Shown here: positions 49,593 through 62,250 of the stretch, one piece after another
How the letters are laid out: every line of letters begins with the position of its first letter
Position numbering within the stretch: position 1 is the first letter of the stretch
Source: Prorocentrum cordatum
Lineage: Eukaryota
NCBI GenBank assembly: GCA_963575745.1
Contig: CAUYUJ010000292.1
Span: 186,001 to 250,000 of the forward strand
Direction of reading: 5' to 3'
Length of the DNA: 64,000 bases
The notes under the pieces: generated by a model
The model's database searches: none
The model's input: only the letters and a program-made list of their open reading frames with translations
Told to the model about the DNA's origin: nothing
Position numbers and translations under genes: made by a program

Positions 49593-50590
49593 ATCCGCCA
49601 CCGTGCCTCTGGGCACGGAGTGGGCGTGTCCCCAGGTCCTTTGCCCAATCCCGTGAGCCTTGGCCTTCACCCCTGACTGATCGCTACAGTGAACCCGTAT
49701 CATAAGGATGCGCGGTAAGGATGCAAGGGCCTTGGAGGCTGATGTTGAACGTTGTTCGAACGAGGCTGGCCAGCGAAAGCCGCTGAGGATGGGCCGAAGC
49801 GGCAAGGATGCAAGGGTACGTACCCTTTGGAAGGCTGCCCATCCCTACCATGCGGGTTGACCGTAAGGGGCCCGGAGTCCAAATGCTCAAATCCGCCGGG
49901 CCTTGCCACGTGCCCCCGTGGGGCTCCCCGCCGGCAGCTCGTCGCGAAACCCTCTCCGGAGCGAGGGAGGGCCCCCAAGAGGCGGGCCCAGAGGGCCCCA
50001 AGAGGCGGCCAAGACGGTCCTCGAGGGCCTCGAGACACCCAAGGATCGCTCCAAGAGGCCCAAGATGGGCCCACGACGGCCCAAGAGGCCCCCAAGGCAC
50101 CCGAAGAGGCCTCCACGAGGGCCCCCGAGAGGGCCCCAAGAGGCCAAAATGATTGAGTTCCCATGGTCTCTGAAGGATTTTGACATTCTCCCCTTGCTGG
50201 CGTCCCGACGCTCCCGGACGGTCCTACAGGCCCCCCCCCCCAAGACCGCCCCCAGACGGCCCAAGATGCCTCCCCGAGGGCCGCAAGAAAGCCCACGAGG
50301 CGCCCAGAACGGCCCGAGAGGGCCCCGAGGCGGCCCCCAAAAGGGCCACAAGAGAGAGAGAGAGAGAGAACACGAACGAAAAAAGCCGAGCCCCCCGCCC
50401 CAAGAGGCCCCCAGGAGGCTTCAGGAGGCGCTCAGGGCGCCCCAAGAGGCCCCCAAACGGCCCCCGAGAGGCGTCCAAACTGCCTCCGATAGGCCCCCGA
50501 GAAGCATCCAACGAGATCCCCACTAACATCCAATATGCTTTATCCCCACAACCCAGGCACGGTGGCGGGATGGGCCGAAGACCACTAGAA
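49593..50590 (+). mobile_element. Helentron-like non-autonomous element
   Basis: CCGCCACCGTGCC (49595-49607) and its perfect inverse GGCACGGTGGCGG (50556-50568), followed by a GGCCGAAGACCA hairpin-like end. The same 3' end occurs at 46731-46760. Confidence 0.65.
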
Positions 50591-51182
50591 GAATAGATCG
50601 TTACTCCAGCGGCATGACCAAAAAACGCCTCCACCGAGGACAAGGAACCATTAGATAAGGAATCCAGGGTCTGGGAGCCGGTGAACCTCCAATCGTGGAT
50701 CGGCCAGGCAACACAACAAGGAGGTCAGGTGGAGATGAGGGGAAAGACGACATGGCGGGACGTCATGCTGCATCTTCGGGGGACATCGTCTGTCCCGTCG
50801 CACCGCCATCCGCAACGACTCCGCGTCGAGTCCGCGCCGAATCCATGTCGAATGCGCATCGAGTCCGCGCCAAATCAGCGCCCAATCCACCGTACGCCTG
50901 GGCGACGCCGATCTCAGGGCATTGTGTGCCGCCGCTCTTCCTCGCACGCAGCCTGTTCCGGCGCTGGTCCCCCCCCCCTCGGCGCTCCCCCCGCCGCAAC
51001 CGGCAGCTCTGAGTGGCCCGGCTTCCTCTCTTCCTGTCGCGCCGGGGCTCCTTCTCCCTTCTCCTCCTTCGGTGCATCGCGGCCTTACTTAATTGGCATA
51101 CAGCGCGTCCCCTGTTGCCACTCCGCCGGAGCAGTCGCCCTCTGCGCAGCCGCCGACGCAAAAAAAGAGTGTGTGACACTTA

Positions 51183-51363
51183 TGTCGGGCGTGTCCCCCT
51201 ACAGGGGGATTTTTCGACGGAAAATAAAACATACAACAAAAAAAATCCAAAAATAATCAAAAAATACATCGGGAGACTATTTTTGTTGTACTTTTTGACA
51301 TTACGGGGTATTTTCGGTTTTAATGTTCGTCGAAAATCCCCCTGTTGGGGGACACGCCCGACA
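51183..51363. mobile_element. GTCGGG-family MITE, copy 9 (longest TIRs)
   Basis: TA|TGTCGGGCGTGTCCCCCTACAGGGGGATTTTTCGACG...CGTCGAAAATCCCCCTGTTGGGGGACACGCCCGACA|TA. Confidence 0.85.
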
Positions 51364-51492
51364 TAAAGTGTCTGCCGCCGCTCTTCCTCGGGCCTCGGCC
51401 GCGGGCGCCGCGAGGGCGCCGCAGGCGTCCGGCGGGCCCAGCCTCGGGGGGCGCTGCAAGAGGGGGGGGGGCGTCCAAGAGTCTTAGACTTA

Positions 51493-51669
51493 TGTCGGGC
51501 GTGTCCCCCTACAGGGGGAGCTCCGACAAACAATTCCCCGAAAATACACCAAAAAGGTCAAAAAAAACAAATAATAGTCCCCAGACTATTTGTGGGCTAT
51601 GTTTTGACTATTTGGGGGGCATCTCATATTTGTCATCGAAAATCCCCCTGTAGGGGAACAGGCCTGGTC
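51493..51669. mobile_element. GTCGGG-family MITE, copy 10
   Basis: TGTCGGGCGTGTCCCCCTACAGGGGGA...TCCCCCTGTAGGGGAACAGGCCTGG. Confidence 0.7.
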
Positions 51670-52111
51670 CAAGAGGGGGGGGGGCGCAGGTCGTGGCCCG
51701 AGGCACGTGCGCGGACGCGGGGGGGGGGGGGGGACGGGGCCGAAAAACAGCTACGCCACCAGCACCTCCCTCGCCCCCATCCCTCTCCCAGGAGAGAGGG
51801 AAGGGAAATATGAGGGCAGAGGAGGGAGGAGAAGTCGACGTGGTGGTGTATATTCCTGGGGCCCGCAGGGGGGGGGGGGGCGAGGGCGCGCCGGGGGCGG
51901 GCAGCGAGACGGGGCAGGGCCCCCGCGGGAGGCGGCGGGCCTCTCCTCGGAGGCCCTCGTGCCTCTGGGGGAGGCGCCCTGCGTCCTCGGCGCGGAGGCC
52001 TGGGAAGCTGCTGGAGAAGACGGGGGCGGCGAGGGGCGTCCGAGCCCTCCGAGAGGGCCCGCCCCCTCGCACACTCTCCCCCTGGGGACTCGCTGCCGAG
52101 GGGGGGGGGGG

Positions 52112-52211
52112 NNNNNNNNNNNNNNNNNNNNNNNNNNNNNNNNNNNNNNNNNNNNNNNNNNNNNNNNNNNNNNNNNNNNNNNNNNNNNNNNNNNNNNNNN
52201 NNNNNNNNNNN
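52112..52211. other. Assembly gap (100 N)
   Basis: Run of N. Confidence 1.
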
Positions 52212-52699
52212 GGAGGAATCAACAAAGTCCGCAACTGCGGCCCGCGGGGGGGACTGCGACGAGGACGACGGGAAAAGACACGGCCAACGGAGGCGGGCTA
52301 CGGCCAACGGAAGGAACTGCGACGAGGAGGAAAGGCGGAGGGAGGAGACTGCGACGAGGACGACGGGGAAGGGGCGACGAGGACGACGAACAACTGCGGA
52401 TCCATCTGTTTAAGTACCTGTCTCCGCAACTGCGGCCGCGCTAATTAACGTCGCGAGTGCTTCATCGGAGGTGATGCGCGCCCGAAGCACCTAATTACAG
52501 CGGTCAGTCGTGGGAGCGCCGCAACTGCGGCCAAGCTGTATGAAGTCGCTAGAAGGCAGCGCCGCAACTGCGGCCGAAAGCGCGCATAGTGAGTCAAACG
52601 AGCGCGGCGTCACGCGATCGGTCCCCGCAACTGCGGTTCCATGGCTGCGCAAGCCCGCAACTGCGGTGTCAAGGCTGCGCGGACCACCGCGGTTGCAGC

Positions 52700-53400
52700 T
52701 GCGCCCCCTTGCTCGCGTCGAACCGCCCAGGATTCGGATGGGCGTGCAGCATCTTCCAGAACGTAAACGTTCCGTGGCCATCGCTCTTGCCGAGACCTGC
52801 CCTCGGGCCCCGCACGGGATGCGAGTGCGGCTCCACCTCATACGTGTTGAACTTCGGGCTAGACCAGGATGGGTGGACGCGAATGCCCGAGCCGTCGTCG
52901 CGGATGAGGACGAAATCCACTGGGGCAGAGGGATTCTTTGCGCCTGTCCTCTGTCCACCCCTTTCGTGTGCCTCATGTTGTCGAGACTGCTAGGGCACGG
53001 GCGGCACTCGCATCGGACCAACCCGCGACTGCGGTCATTGTCAGGGCCGCACACGACGCGCAGCATTGTAGGTCCATCCATCTGCGCGACCATCTCCAGC
53101 CAAGACCACGGCACTTTGACAGTGTGGTCCAGTCCCAATCCCTGTTGTCCTGCGCCTTCCCCTTTGCGCGGTACTTAAGGATCTTCGAAATTTCCCCCGC
53201 AACTGCGGTACCTCCGAAGACGGGCGCGCGGCTGCCGAAAGGGTTTTCTCGGTCTTCGTACTCGTCTCGGAACCACTTCAAGGCCGCGTTGTGCTGCGTA
53301 TAATTGCCGTTCCAGTTCGCCCTGAAGTTCTCGAAGAATTCCAACTTGAAAATTGGCAGCGGCTCATTGCGCACAATTTGAAACAGCGCAACTGCGACTT
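52700..53400 (-). pseudogene. Intronless gene of unknown function with two frameshifts
   Basis: Three overlapping ORFs join into one protein-like sequence: FKLEFFENF...YTQHNAALKWFRD.../PWSWLEMVAQMD...GLVRCECR.../DFVLIRDDGSGIRVHPSW...GLGKSDGHGTF. Confidence 0.65.
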
Positions 53401-54184
53401 GTTCTTCGCGCCCTGGGGGAAGCAGGGGACCGCCTCCTTTGCCCGCCGCTGTTGCGGCCGCGGGCTCCGCGGCAGGAGAACCTGCCGAGGCACTCGAGCG
53501 GCCACCTTCCCATGCATTCCACCAGCCCCCCTCGTCGTCCCACCAGCGGGCGCCCTCCATTCCCCAACCCTCGCATCCGTTGCCGCCCCATCCGCCGCCC
53601 TCCCATCCGCGACTGCGGTCACTTCCGTCGCCGCCATCCTGCGCTTTTCCTCTCCATCCGCAAAGAGAATCTCCGCCGCCCCAGCCGCCACTGCGGTCAC
53701 CTCCGCCGCCGTATCCGCCACTGCGGCCGCCCCAACCCCCACTTGTTCCCCAACCGCCGCAGCTGCTCTTTGAAGAATCCGCAACTGCGGCCCGTGTTTC
53801 CTCTTCCGCTTTGTCATCCCACCCTGCACGCATCTCTGCCCCGACTGCCGGCCGCGGAGGCGGGCGCGAGCCCGCCCAACCGCCGTGAAACCTTCCGTCG
53901 GCGCGGGCTTGAGCCGAACGTGCATGGAGGAGGAGGATGAGGAGGAGGAGGGTGAATGTGAGGAGGATGATGCGTTCCTGGGAGGTGTGCCTTCGCGTGC
54001 AACACAAGAGCCCTGAGAATTCCTGAGGCCCCTCCAACAGCCAAGGACGCGGATGACAAGAAAGTCGAGAAGATTGGGAACCGATTGAGGATTAAGAGGC
54101 GTGCGACGAAAGGGATGATGATGACGAAGAGGAAGATCAGTGAAGGGGAGGAGTGGACAGGAATTATGGAGGAGTGATAGCAGA

Positions 54185-54495
54185 GGAGGAAGAGGGGGAA
54201 GGGGGAGGAGGAGGAGGAGGAGGAGGAGGGAGAGGAAAAGGGGGAGGAGGAGGAGGAAGAAGGGGAGGAGGAGGAGGAGGAGGAGGAGGAGGAGGAGGAA
54301 GAGGAGGAGGAGGAGGAGGAGGAGGAGGAGGAAGAGGAGGAGGACGACGACGACGAGGAGGAGGAGGAGGAGGAGAGGGAGAAGGAGAACGGGGACAGGA
54401 GGACAAGGACGGAGAAATATAACAAATGAGGGGGAGGAGGCGGAGGAGGAGGACGAGGAGGAGAAGCAGGAAGAGGAGGAGGAGAGGGGGGAGGA
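54185..54495. repeat. (GGA)n microsatellite
   Basis: Direct inspection. Confidence 0.9.
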
Positions 54496-54631
54496 AGAGT
54501 GCGCGTGAGACTGGGAGAACGAGGTAATTAATTAGAGAGGGAACGGGGGAGGAGGGAGGACAAGGAAGAGCATACAGCGACGAGAAGAGGAGAAGGAACA
54601 GACGAAGGCTCCTGCTGATCGCATTTCCGCA

Positions 54632-54699
54632 TCGTTCAAAGCAGTGCCGGGGCACTGCTTTGAACGACTGGTGATGTTCAAAGCAGTTCCCCGGCACTG
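54632..54699. repeat. Overlapping double inverted repeat
   Basis: TCGTTCAAAGCAGTGCC-GG-GGCACTGCTTTGAACGA overlaps CAGTGCCGGGGCACTGCTTTGAAC-N10-GTTCAAAGCAGTTCCCCGGCACTG. Confidence 0.85.
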
Positions 54700-57049
54700 T
54701 GTTCCATCGTCGCCGTTATAAGGGCTTTCGGATTACCCATCTCGGGCGTCCAGAACCCAAACTGTTCCTCATTTCAGCGACTCGGCTGTACACCCGCTCG
54801 CTGACGCTCCCGAGGCCCGGGAAAGGGCGGGCTCCTGGAGGCCGACGCTGGCGAAAAAACACCGCCCGCCGTGACTTTTGCTCACGACTCGAGGGCGTCT
54901 GGGCTCGAGGCCTCGAGGCCTCGAGGCGCGTCGCTTTACCATCGCCCTGCCGCAGGGAGCGCCGAGGAAGGAAAGCGCCGAAGCCCTCCTGCTGCTGGCC
55001 GCGGCCGGCCTCGGCCACGAGCGGGCCCCCCCCCACGCCCGAGGTCCGAGGAACGGCCCGGGCACCCGAGCCCCTCCCGAGCCCAGGGCGGTCCTTCTGT
55101 CTCCTCCTCCTCCTCCTCCTCCTCCTCCGTCTGACTCCCCTCCTCCTCCTCCTCCTCCTCCTCCTCCTCCTCCTCCTCCTCCTCCTCCTCTTCCTCCTTC
55201 TGTCTTACATATCGGACTCGGTGGGACGGGGCACGCGAGAGGACACACGAGACCCTGCCGAGGGCCCCGTTGCCGGCAGGACTGGGAAGCAGGGGTCGCG
55301 AGGCACAGGGCACAAGGGTAACCCTGACTTGGCAGGGCCGACCTACTCATCCGGGCCGACCGTAGCGTCTTGGCCGTGCGCTACCGTGCCGGAAGCACGG
55401 AGCGGAGCGTCCTCAGGCGAGGAAGACCTGCAGGCAGTGAGCTCCTCGCACCTCTGAAGAGCCCGCCGCCGTGCCACGGGCGCTGAGGACAGGGCCAGCC
55501 GCACCTCCCAGGACTCGAGCACTGTCATGGCAAGGCAGCGCGTCGACAGGGCAACCCGCGCTGTGTCCGCTGCCCGCCTCACGGTTCGCCGAGCATCACG
55601 TTCGCCGAGCATCACGGCCGAGTGGGGCGTACATCTCACAACATACCGTCGCGCTAGGTCTGGACCTGCTGGGAGGTGGATTCCAGACTGGAGGATCGAG
55701 GTTTTGGATGCTTCTGTCTCTTTGTGAAAGCTCCTGCAGCGCCCTCGTCGCCACGGCGCTCCCCCCTCGAAGCGGCGGCCAGATCGCACCCCCATGATGG
55801 GTTCCGAGGAAAAAACGGTCTTGAGGGCGCGCCCGCAAACCTTGATAGGCCGATTTTCCACCGCCACTACCGTGGGTAAGAGGGAGGAGACTGGAGTATA
55901 GGGTGGTCCTCCTCCTCCTCCTCCTCCTCCTCCTCCTCCTCTTCCTCCTCCTCCTCCTCCTCCATCTCCTACCTATGGTAGTGATGGTGGAAACTCAGCC
56001 CATCAAACATCTCGAACAGGCACTCGCCCTGGACAAGTTTCGTTGTCTTCGGAGTCGGGGGGGGGCCTTTCAGAACCACGCGGCTGTCGCAAACACTTTT
56101 TTCGTCGGCGGCGAGGCAGAGGCAGTCCGCTCCACCATGTGGCTATTCGGGGCAACCGACAGGCTACTCCGAGCTTCTCAATAAGCGTCGGGGGGGCGTC
56201 ACCCCTGCCGACAGCCCCACATCGAGCCCCGTCGCAAGCCGCCACCGCGCGCCCAAACTGCTCCGATCCCCCTCGCGGCGCGATGACGAGGCGAGGTTGA
56301 CCCCCGTCGGGGGGGTACCCCCCACGCTTACTAAAAACCCAAAGTGATTGTCCGGCGTGCGCGGCCGTCGCAAACATGACACAGGATGAGAAGCTGGCCC
56401 TGGGAAGCAGGCCGAGTGCTCCAGGGGCCAGCGACTCGAGCACATCGAGTATATGATCGGAAGCTGGGGCCTTGAACAGTGATCGTCAGTGCTTCCTTGG
56501 CACCGCGGGTTCTTGGGTTCGACCTTCTAGACGCTCCCGGCTTGAAAAATAAAGTAAAAACAATAAATAAGAAAATGCTGAGTCTCCTATTGGATATATA
56601 AAAAGGAAAAATAAAAAAAAAAAAAAAAAAAAATATTAAATGCAAAAAAAAAAAAGGTCTTTTTTTTCGGTCAACGGGTGGTCCACTCCTCCATCCTCTC
56701 CTCCTTCTCCCGCCTCCTGCCTCCGTCCTCCTCCTCCTCCTCCTCCTCCTCCTCCCCCCCGTCCTCCCCGATCCCTGCTCCCCGCTGGCTTCTTGCTCCT
56801 CCCTCCTCCCGCCTCCGTCACCGTTCTGTGAGCACGCAGTGGCTGACCCGTCCAGCACCACCACCCCTGTTCCCTTTCCCGTTCCCACCCGCGTCCTCTT
56901 CCTCCTCCTCCTCCTCCTCCTCTACCTCCTCCCCCTCCACCTCCTCCATCATCTCTCTGTCTTATGAATAACTCCCCTTTTCTCACCCCTAGACGTGTCG
57001 GTGGGGCGGGCCGGGCGTTTCGCCTGAGACTTCCTCATCATTTATGATC

Positions 57050-57370
57050 CTAACGCTGAAGTTCGCAAAAGTTTCAATCGCCGCGCAGATTCGTTTGAAA
57101 CATTGCAACCACATTCACGGATGGACGGCGGGTCCTTTTTCAAAATGTCGCTCTTGTCCTGACGTCATGCGCATCCGTCTTCGACGTTTGCATCAATTTC
57201 GCCGGTGGAGGGCGGGTCCTTCTCAAAATGTGGCTCTCGCCTTAACACCACACGCATTCATCTTAACACTGTGTAGCAATTTCATGGATGGATGGCGGGT
57301 TTTTTTCAAAATGTGGCTCGCTTGCCTTAGCGCCGCCCTCATTCGTCTTGAAAGGTTCCAACAGCTAAGG
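57050..57370. repeat. Degenerate ~85-bp repeat; related units in inverted orientation at ~63140-63620
   Basis: CACGGATGGACGGCGGG...TCAAAATGT units versus CCCGCCCTCCATCCGTG units. Confidence 0.55.
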
Positions 57371-58719
57371 GCCCGTATGGTTGAAGTCCCAAGAATGATG
57401 GTCTGGTACGCTTCAGAGACGCCAGGGCGCCAGTCACCTGCATTCGCGGTGTTGCAGTGCTGCAGTCACAGGGTTGGTGTTCTGGCACGATTTGGGATTG
57501 TCAGGACGCAATAATTACGCGGATTCGCGGCACGGAAGTCCCAGGAATGATGTTCTGGCACGATAAGGAATTCTCAGACGGTGGTCTTCCACAGGGCGCT
57601 TCCCGCACCGAAAAAACAATTCTTGTAGGGACTTATGCTGATGGAGCTTGGAAAAAAAAAAGGCTTACGGCAACAAGGTTGATGCATCTTGGGTTTGCAC
57701 TTGTCCTCCTCATCCTCCTCCGCCCCTCTTGTCCGTCTGCTGCTCCTCGCCCTCATCCTTCTCCTCATCCTTTTCTTCGCTCCGCCCCTCCCAAAAAAAC
57801 GTCGTAGTTCGCCAGCGATGTACGTTCGTCAGCCATTTTGGGTGGTCGAAAAGCACAAAAAAAAGAAAAAAAAAAAAAAAAAACAAAAAAAACAAAAAAA
57901 CGAAAAACAGAAAAGACTTTCTTGCTATATAAGGTTGCCGTCGCCATCGTCGCCCTCGTCGTCGTCGGCCTGCCGCTTCCGCCGTCCCGTCATCATTTGG
58001 CTCTCCCGTCGGTCGCTCGTCGTCGTCCGTCGTCGTCGTCCACGGGGTCACTCGTCGTAGTGGGCGTGTGGGTGGTCACTTGTCTGTCGTGTTCGTGGCG
58101 TCTTGGCTCGTCGTGCGTGCGCGTGTGTCCGGCTCTGCGGCGGCGGCGGCTTGCGGCGTTGCTGCCCATCGCAGGCCGCTGCAACCGTCGCCGTCCTCTT
58201 GTGCAAAGCGCCCTCTTCGCCATCGTCCCCAGGAAGAGCTCCCTCCCGTCGCCGCCGTGCTGTCGCCTCGCCTTCGCCTCATTCGCCATTCCGCTGCTGC
58301 CTTTGCCTTTGCTTTTGTGCTGTGCTATGCTTGGTGCCTGCTCTGCTGCTGTCTGCTGCTGCACTAGTTAGCTAGGCCGCTTGCCCGTGCCCCGCGTGTG
58401 TGTATGTCGCCGCTTCCGCTCGCTCTGCCGCCTTTCGTGTACGCTGTTCTTCCCCTGCGACCTGGGGCGGCGTCGCGTCCGCCGCCTCCGTCCCGGCGCA
58501 CATCCAGGTGTTTGCCCTTGTTTAGTTCGGTTCGAAGCCTTTCGAGCTGCTGTCTTGCCCCGGCGGGATTTTTTCCCAACCGTTCCGACCAATTGGGCTG
58601 TCGCTCTGTATAGAACAGTGTGGTATCCATCCTGTTCTCTCCTCCTCTTCCACGTCTTCCTAGCTCCCCTCCTCCTGCCTCCTTGCCCCCATATCGTCCT
58701 ACGTTTCCTGCTTGGGGCT

Positions 58720-59131
58720 GCGAGCTGTGGGACTGTCGCCACTTTCGTGGGCTGTTGGAAAGCCCAACAGAATAGGTAGTCACGCGGATCCATGCGAGAC
58801 CACGCTCCCTGGTAGGATGAGAACTGCGCAAGTGTCGCCAGTTTCTTGGGATCCTGTGAAGTCCATCGGAGTGGGTAATCACGCGGGTCCCTGCAGGACC
58901 TCGCGCTTCCTGGAGAATTGCAAACTGCGCAAGTGCCGCCCATTTCGCGGGTCCAGCAGAATAGGTCGTCTCGCGGATCCATGCCGGAACTCGCAACTCC
59001 TTGGGGATTGCGAACTCCGCAACTGTCGCCACTTGCGTGCGTTCGTGAGAAGTCCAGCGGAGTGGTAAGTCACGCGGACCCGGGTGCGGCTGCCTGCCAT
59101 GGGGGTGCGAACTGCGCAACTGTCGCCGCTT
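58720..59131 (+). repeat. Degenerate ~95-bp tandem repeat, ~4.5 units
   Basis: Recurrent GCGAACTGCGCAACTGTCGCC...GTCCAGCAGAATAGGT...CACGCGGATCC. Confidence 0.75.
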
Positions 59132-59849
59132 CCGTCCTGTCATTTAGCGCGCTGCGCTGTTGCATCACAGTGCGCGGATCGCTGGAACGTCACGTAGCGC
59201 ATGGCAGTGTCCACGGTGGCTCACTCCCTTCCTCCTCAGTCGGCCGTGGTGTGAAACTAACACATGTGGCAGCGCATGGAGTTGATTCTCTCACCTGTAT
59301 TGTTCCCCTTCCTTCTCCATTATCCTTATTCCCCTTCCTCTTCTTCCTCCTCCTCCTCCACTTCTGGCTCCCGTTGGTAAGTGCCTTGTCGTGCTTTTCG
59401 TCGTCCCTTTTGCGATCCGAGTTGTGTTGGTGTGCGACGTGAATGGCCCGAAATTGTTTGGCGAAGCGTTTCAGAATGCTGTGTATTTCGCAGTATGTTA
59501 TTTCGCATGGAGCATTCATATAACAAGTCGTCCCGCGTGGAGAAATGGTTGGGTACGTCTCGTGATGCTGTGTTGTTTGCTGCATTGAGCTCATGTAAGC
59601 TATTCTGTGCTCGGCAGTCATCTGTCGCCGACTGGTATGAACTCCATCGTGGGCCCAAATGAACACTCAACGCCTCTCAACCGTCTCGTACAACGCTAGA
59701 CGCTCGACGATGCTTCAAGGGGCGGCGGGTGCGGGGGGGGAAGGGCGCGGGAGGAAAGAGAAGATGAGGGAGGGCTTGGTGGGATGGGGGATAGGGATGA
59801 TAATCTAACGGGACAGTCCGCTGAAAGTTGGAGCGGATCGAAGTAGAGA

Positions 59850-60017
59850 ATGATACTGATGCTGCTGATGATGATAATGATGATGATGCTGATGCCGATG
59901 ATGCTTATGATGATGGTGGTTGTGGTGGGGGCGCTGATTAGGACGATGATGGCGATGATGTCGAACATGATTGAGATGATGATGACCATTATGATGATGC
60001 TTATTATCATGATGATT

Positions 60018-60062
<45 letters not shown>

Positions 60063-60223
60063 GTGGTGGTGATGACCACGTTGTTGATGATGATGCTGAT
60101 GATGACGACGATGATGATAATGATAATGATGATGATGATGGTGACGATGATTGTGATGATAGTGACGGTGATGGTGATGATGATGATGATGGTGGTGGTG
60201 GTGATGATGATGGTGACGACGAC

Positions 60224-60309
<86 letters not shown>

Positions 60310-61801
60310 CCATGGCCCCTCTGTCCACGAACTCGGTCGGCACCCTGGCAAATTCGAGCCGACCGAGGCCCAGAAGACCATGGTGGGGCCCTGGTCCTTC
60401 TCCTTCTCCTTCTCCTTCTGCTCCCCCAGGCTCATCGATGCGCCCGGTTGGGCTCTTCGTTAGGTGTGGTGCCAAGGCTAGAAGCATGGCTCCGCCTCCA
60501 GCTGCCCTCGCCTTCACCAGTCCTCGTGTACCTTGTGTCCCCCCCCAGCACGACGAGATCCACGCCGACGTCGGCTGCCCCCCTCAGCCCCGCGCCCGGC
60601 GCTGCGCGCATTCCAAAAAGCGGACAACATTGAAAAGCAGCAGGGCAAACGTGCTTTAGCGTCCGAAGCAATTACGCTTCAGATCGCCTTGGGGACGCCT
60701 CAGGGAGCCCCACCCAACCAGCCTCCAAGACATCTCCCAAACTGCTCCAATAGCGCTCCAAGACTGCCCGATAAACCCACCCAAATGGCTCCACAAAGGT
60801 CCGAAGACCCAATCAGACGTCCGAAGATGGTTCAACCAGGCTAGCAGGGCTCTGTGGAAGCAGCGCGCTTGAGACGGCCTCGACACCCCCAACGGGCCCC
60901 CAAGATGCGCCCAAGATGTCTAAACAGACACCCAAGAGCCCCCCGCTGAAAGTCCCGAATCCCGAATCGGCTTCCAATATGCCTTCAGAGTGGGGGAGGA
61001 GAAGGAGGAGGAGGAGGAGGAAAATGCGGATGAATAAGGAAGAGGAGAACGAGGCTGTAGACAAGGAGGAGGCGCTCCAGACCCGGTCCCGCTCAAACAG
61101 AACCCTGAACTGCAGTGCGTCTTAAACTCAGCCTCCTTCATGCTGCTGCAAGGGCACGGCGGCGGGGCTTGTGGCATGCTCCAGGAAAGGCTGCGATACG
61201 CAACTCTATGCCAGGAGTTCCCTCCGCCCATTTGCTTCTCCTCCTCCTCCTCCTCCTCTTCCTCATGACCACCACCACCATAACCATTACCATCACCATC
61301 ATCAGCATCATCACGATCATCAGCATTCTTGCCATCATCACCATCAGCATCATAATCATCCTCATCACCAGCATCATCGTCATCGTCATTATCATCATAA
61401 ACGCCACCAGCATCATCATCATCATCACCACCACCATCATCATAAGCACCACCACGATCATCATCACCATCAGCATCGTCAACATCATCATCATCATCGT
61501 CTTGATCTTCATCATCATCATTCTCGAAACCAGCACCATCATCATCAACATCAGCACCAGCATCATCATGAACAGCATCAAAGTTATCACCATCACCATC
61601 ACCATCACCATCGCCGTCACAATCACCATGACCACCACCACAATCGTCATAATCTACATCATCAAAATCATCACCATCACCATTCCCATCACCATCACAT
61701 CTCCATCTCCATCGCTATCACCATCATCACCATCAGCATCAACCGCAGCATCATCATTATCATTAACATTGTCGCGATCAGTATCACCACCAGCATCAGC
61801 G

Positions 61802-61851
<50 letters not shown>

Positions 61852-62250
61852 GTATCATCACCATCATCATCATCATTGCCATCGTCATTGTCATTGTCAT
61901 CGTTATCGTCATTGTCAGCGTCATCATCATCAGCATCATCACCATCATCAGCATCAGCATCAACATCAACATCATCATCACCATCATCCCTTGTCCTCCC
62001 TCCTCCTCCCTCCTTCTCCAACTCCCTTTTTCGCCTCATCCTCCTCATCCTCCCCCTCTTCCTTCTCCTCCCCCCTAGTTCCTCCCTCCCTCCTCTTTCC
62101 CCTTCTTCTCCTCCTCCTCCTCCTCCTCCTCCTCCTCCGCCTCCTCCTCCTCCTCCTCCTCCCCTCGCCTTCTCCTGCCTCCTTCTCCTCCCATCCCCCC
62201 TTCCTGCCTCCTCCTTCCCCTCCTGACTTTTCATCCTCTTCCTCCTCCCC
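59850..62250. repeat. (GAT)n, (ATC)n and (CCT)n microsatellite fields
   Basis: (GAT)n 59850-60310, (ATC)n 61262-61988, (CCT)-rich 61990-62250. Confidence 0.9.

Noticed and set aside
59390..59700. LINE RT-proximal fragment (EITYCEIHSILKRF)
   Set aside because: Only a weak resemblance, with no flanking RT motifs.
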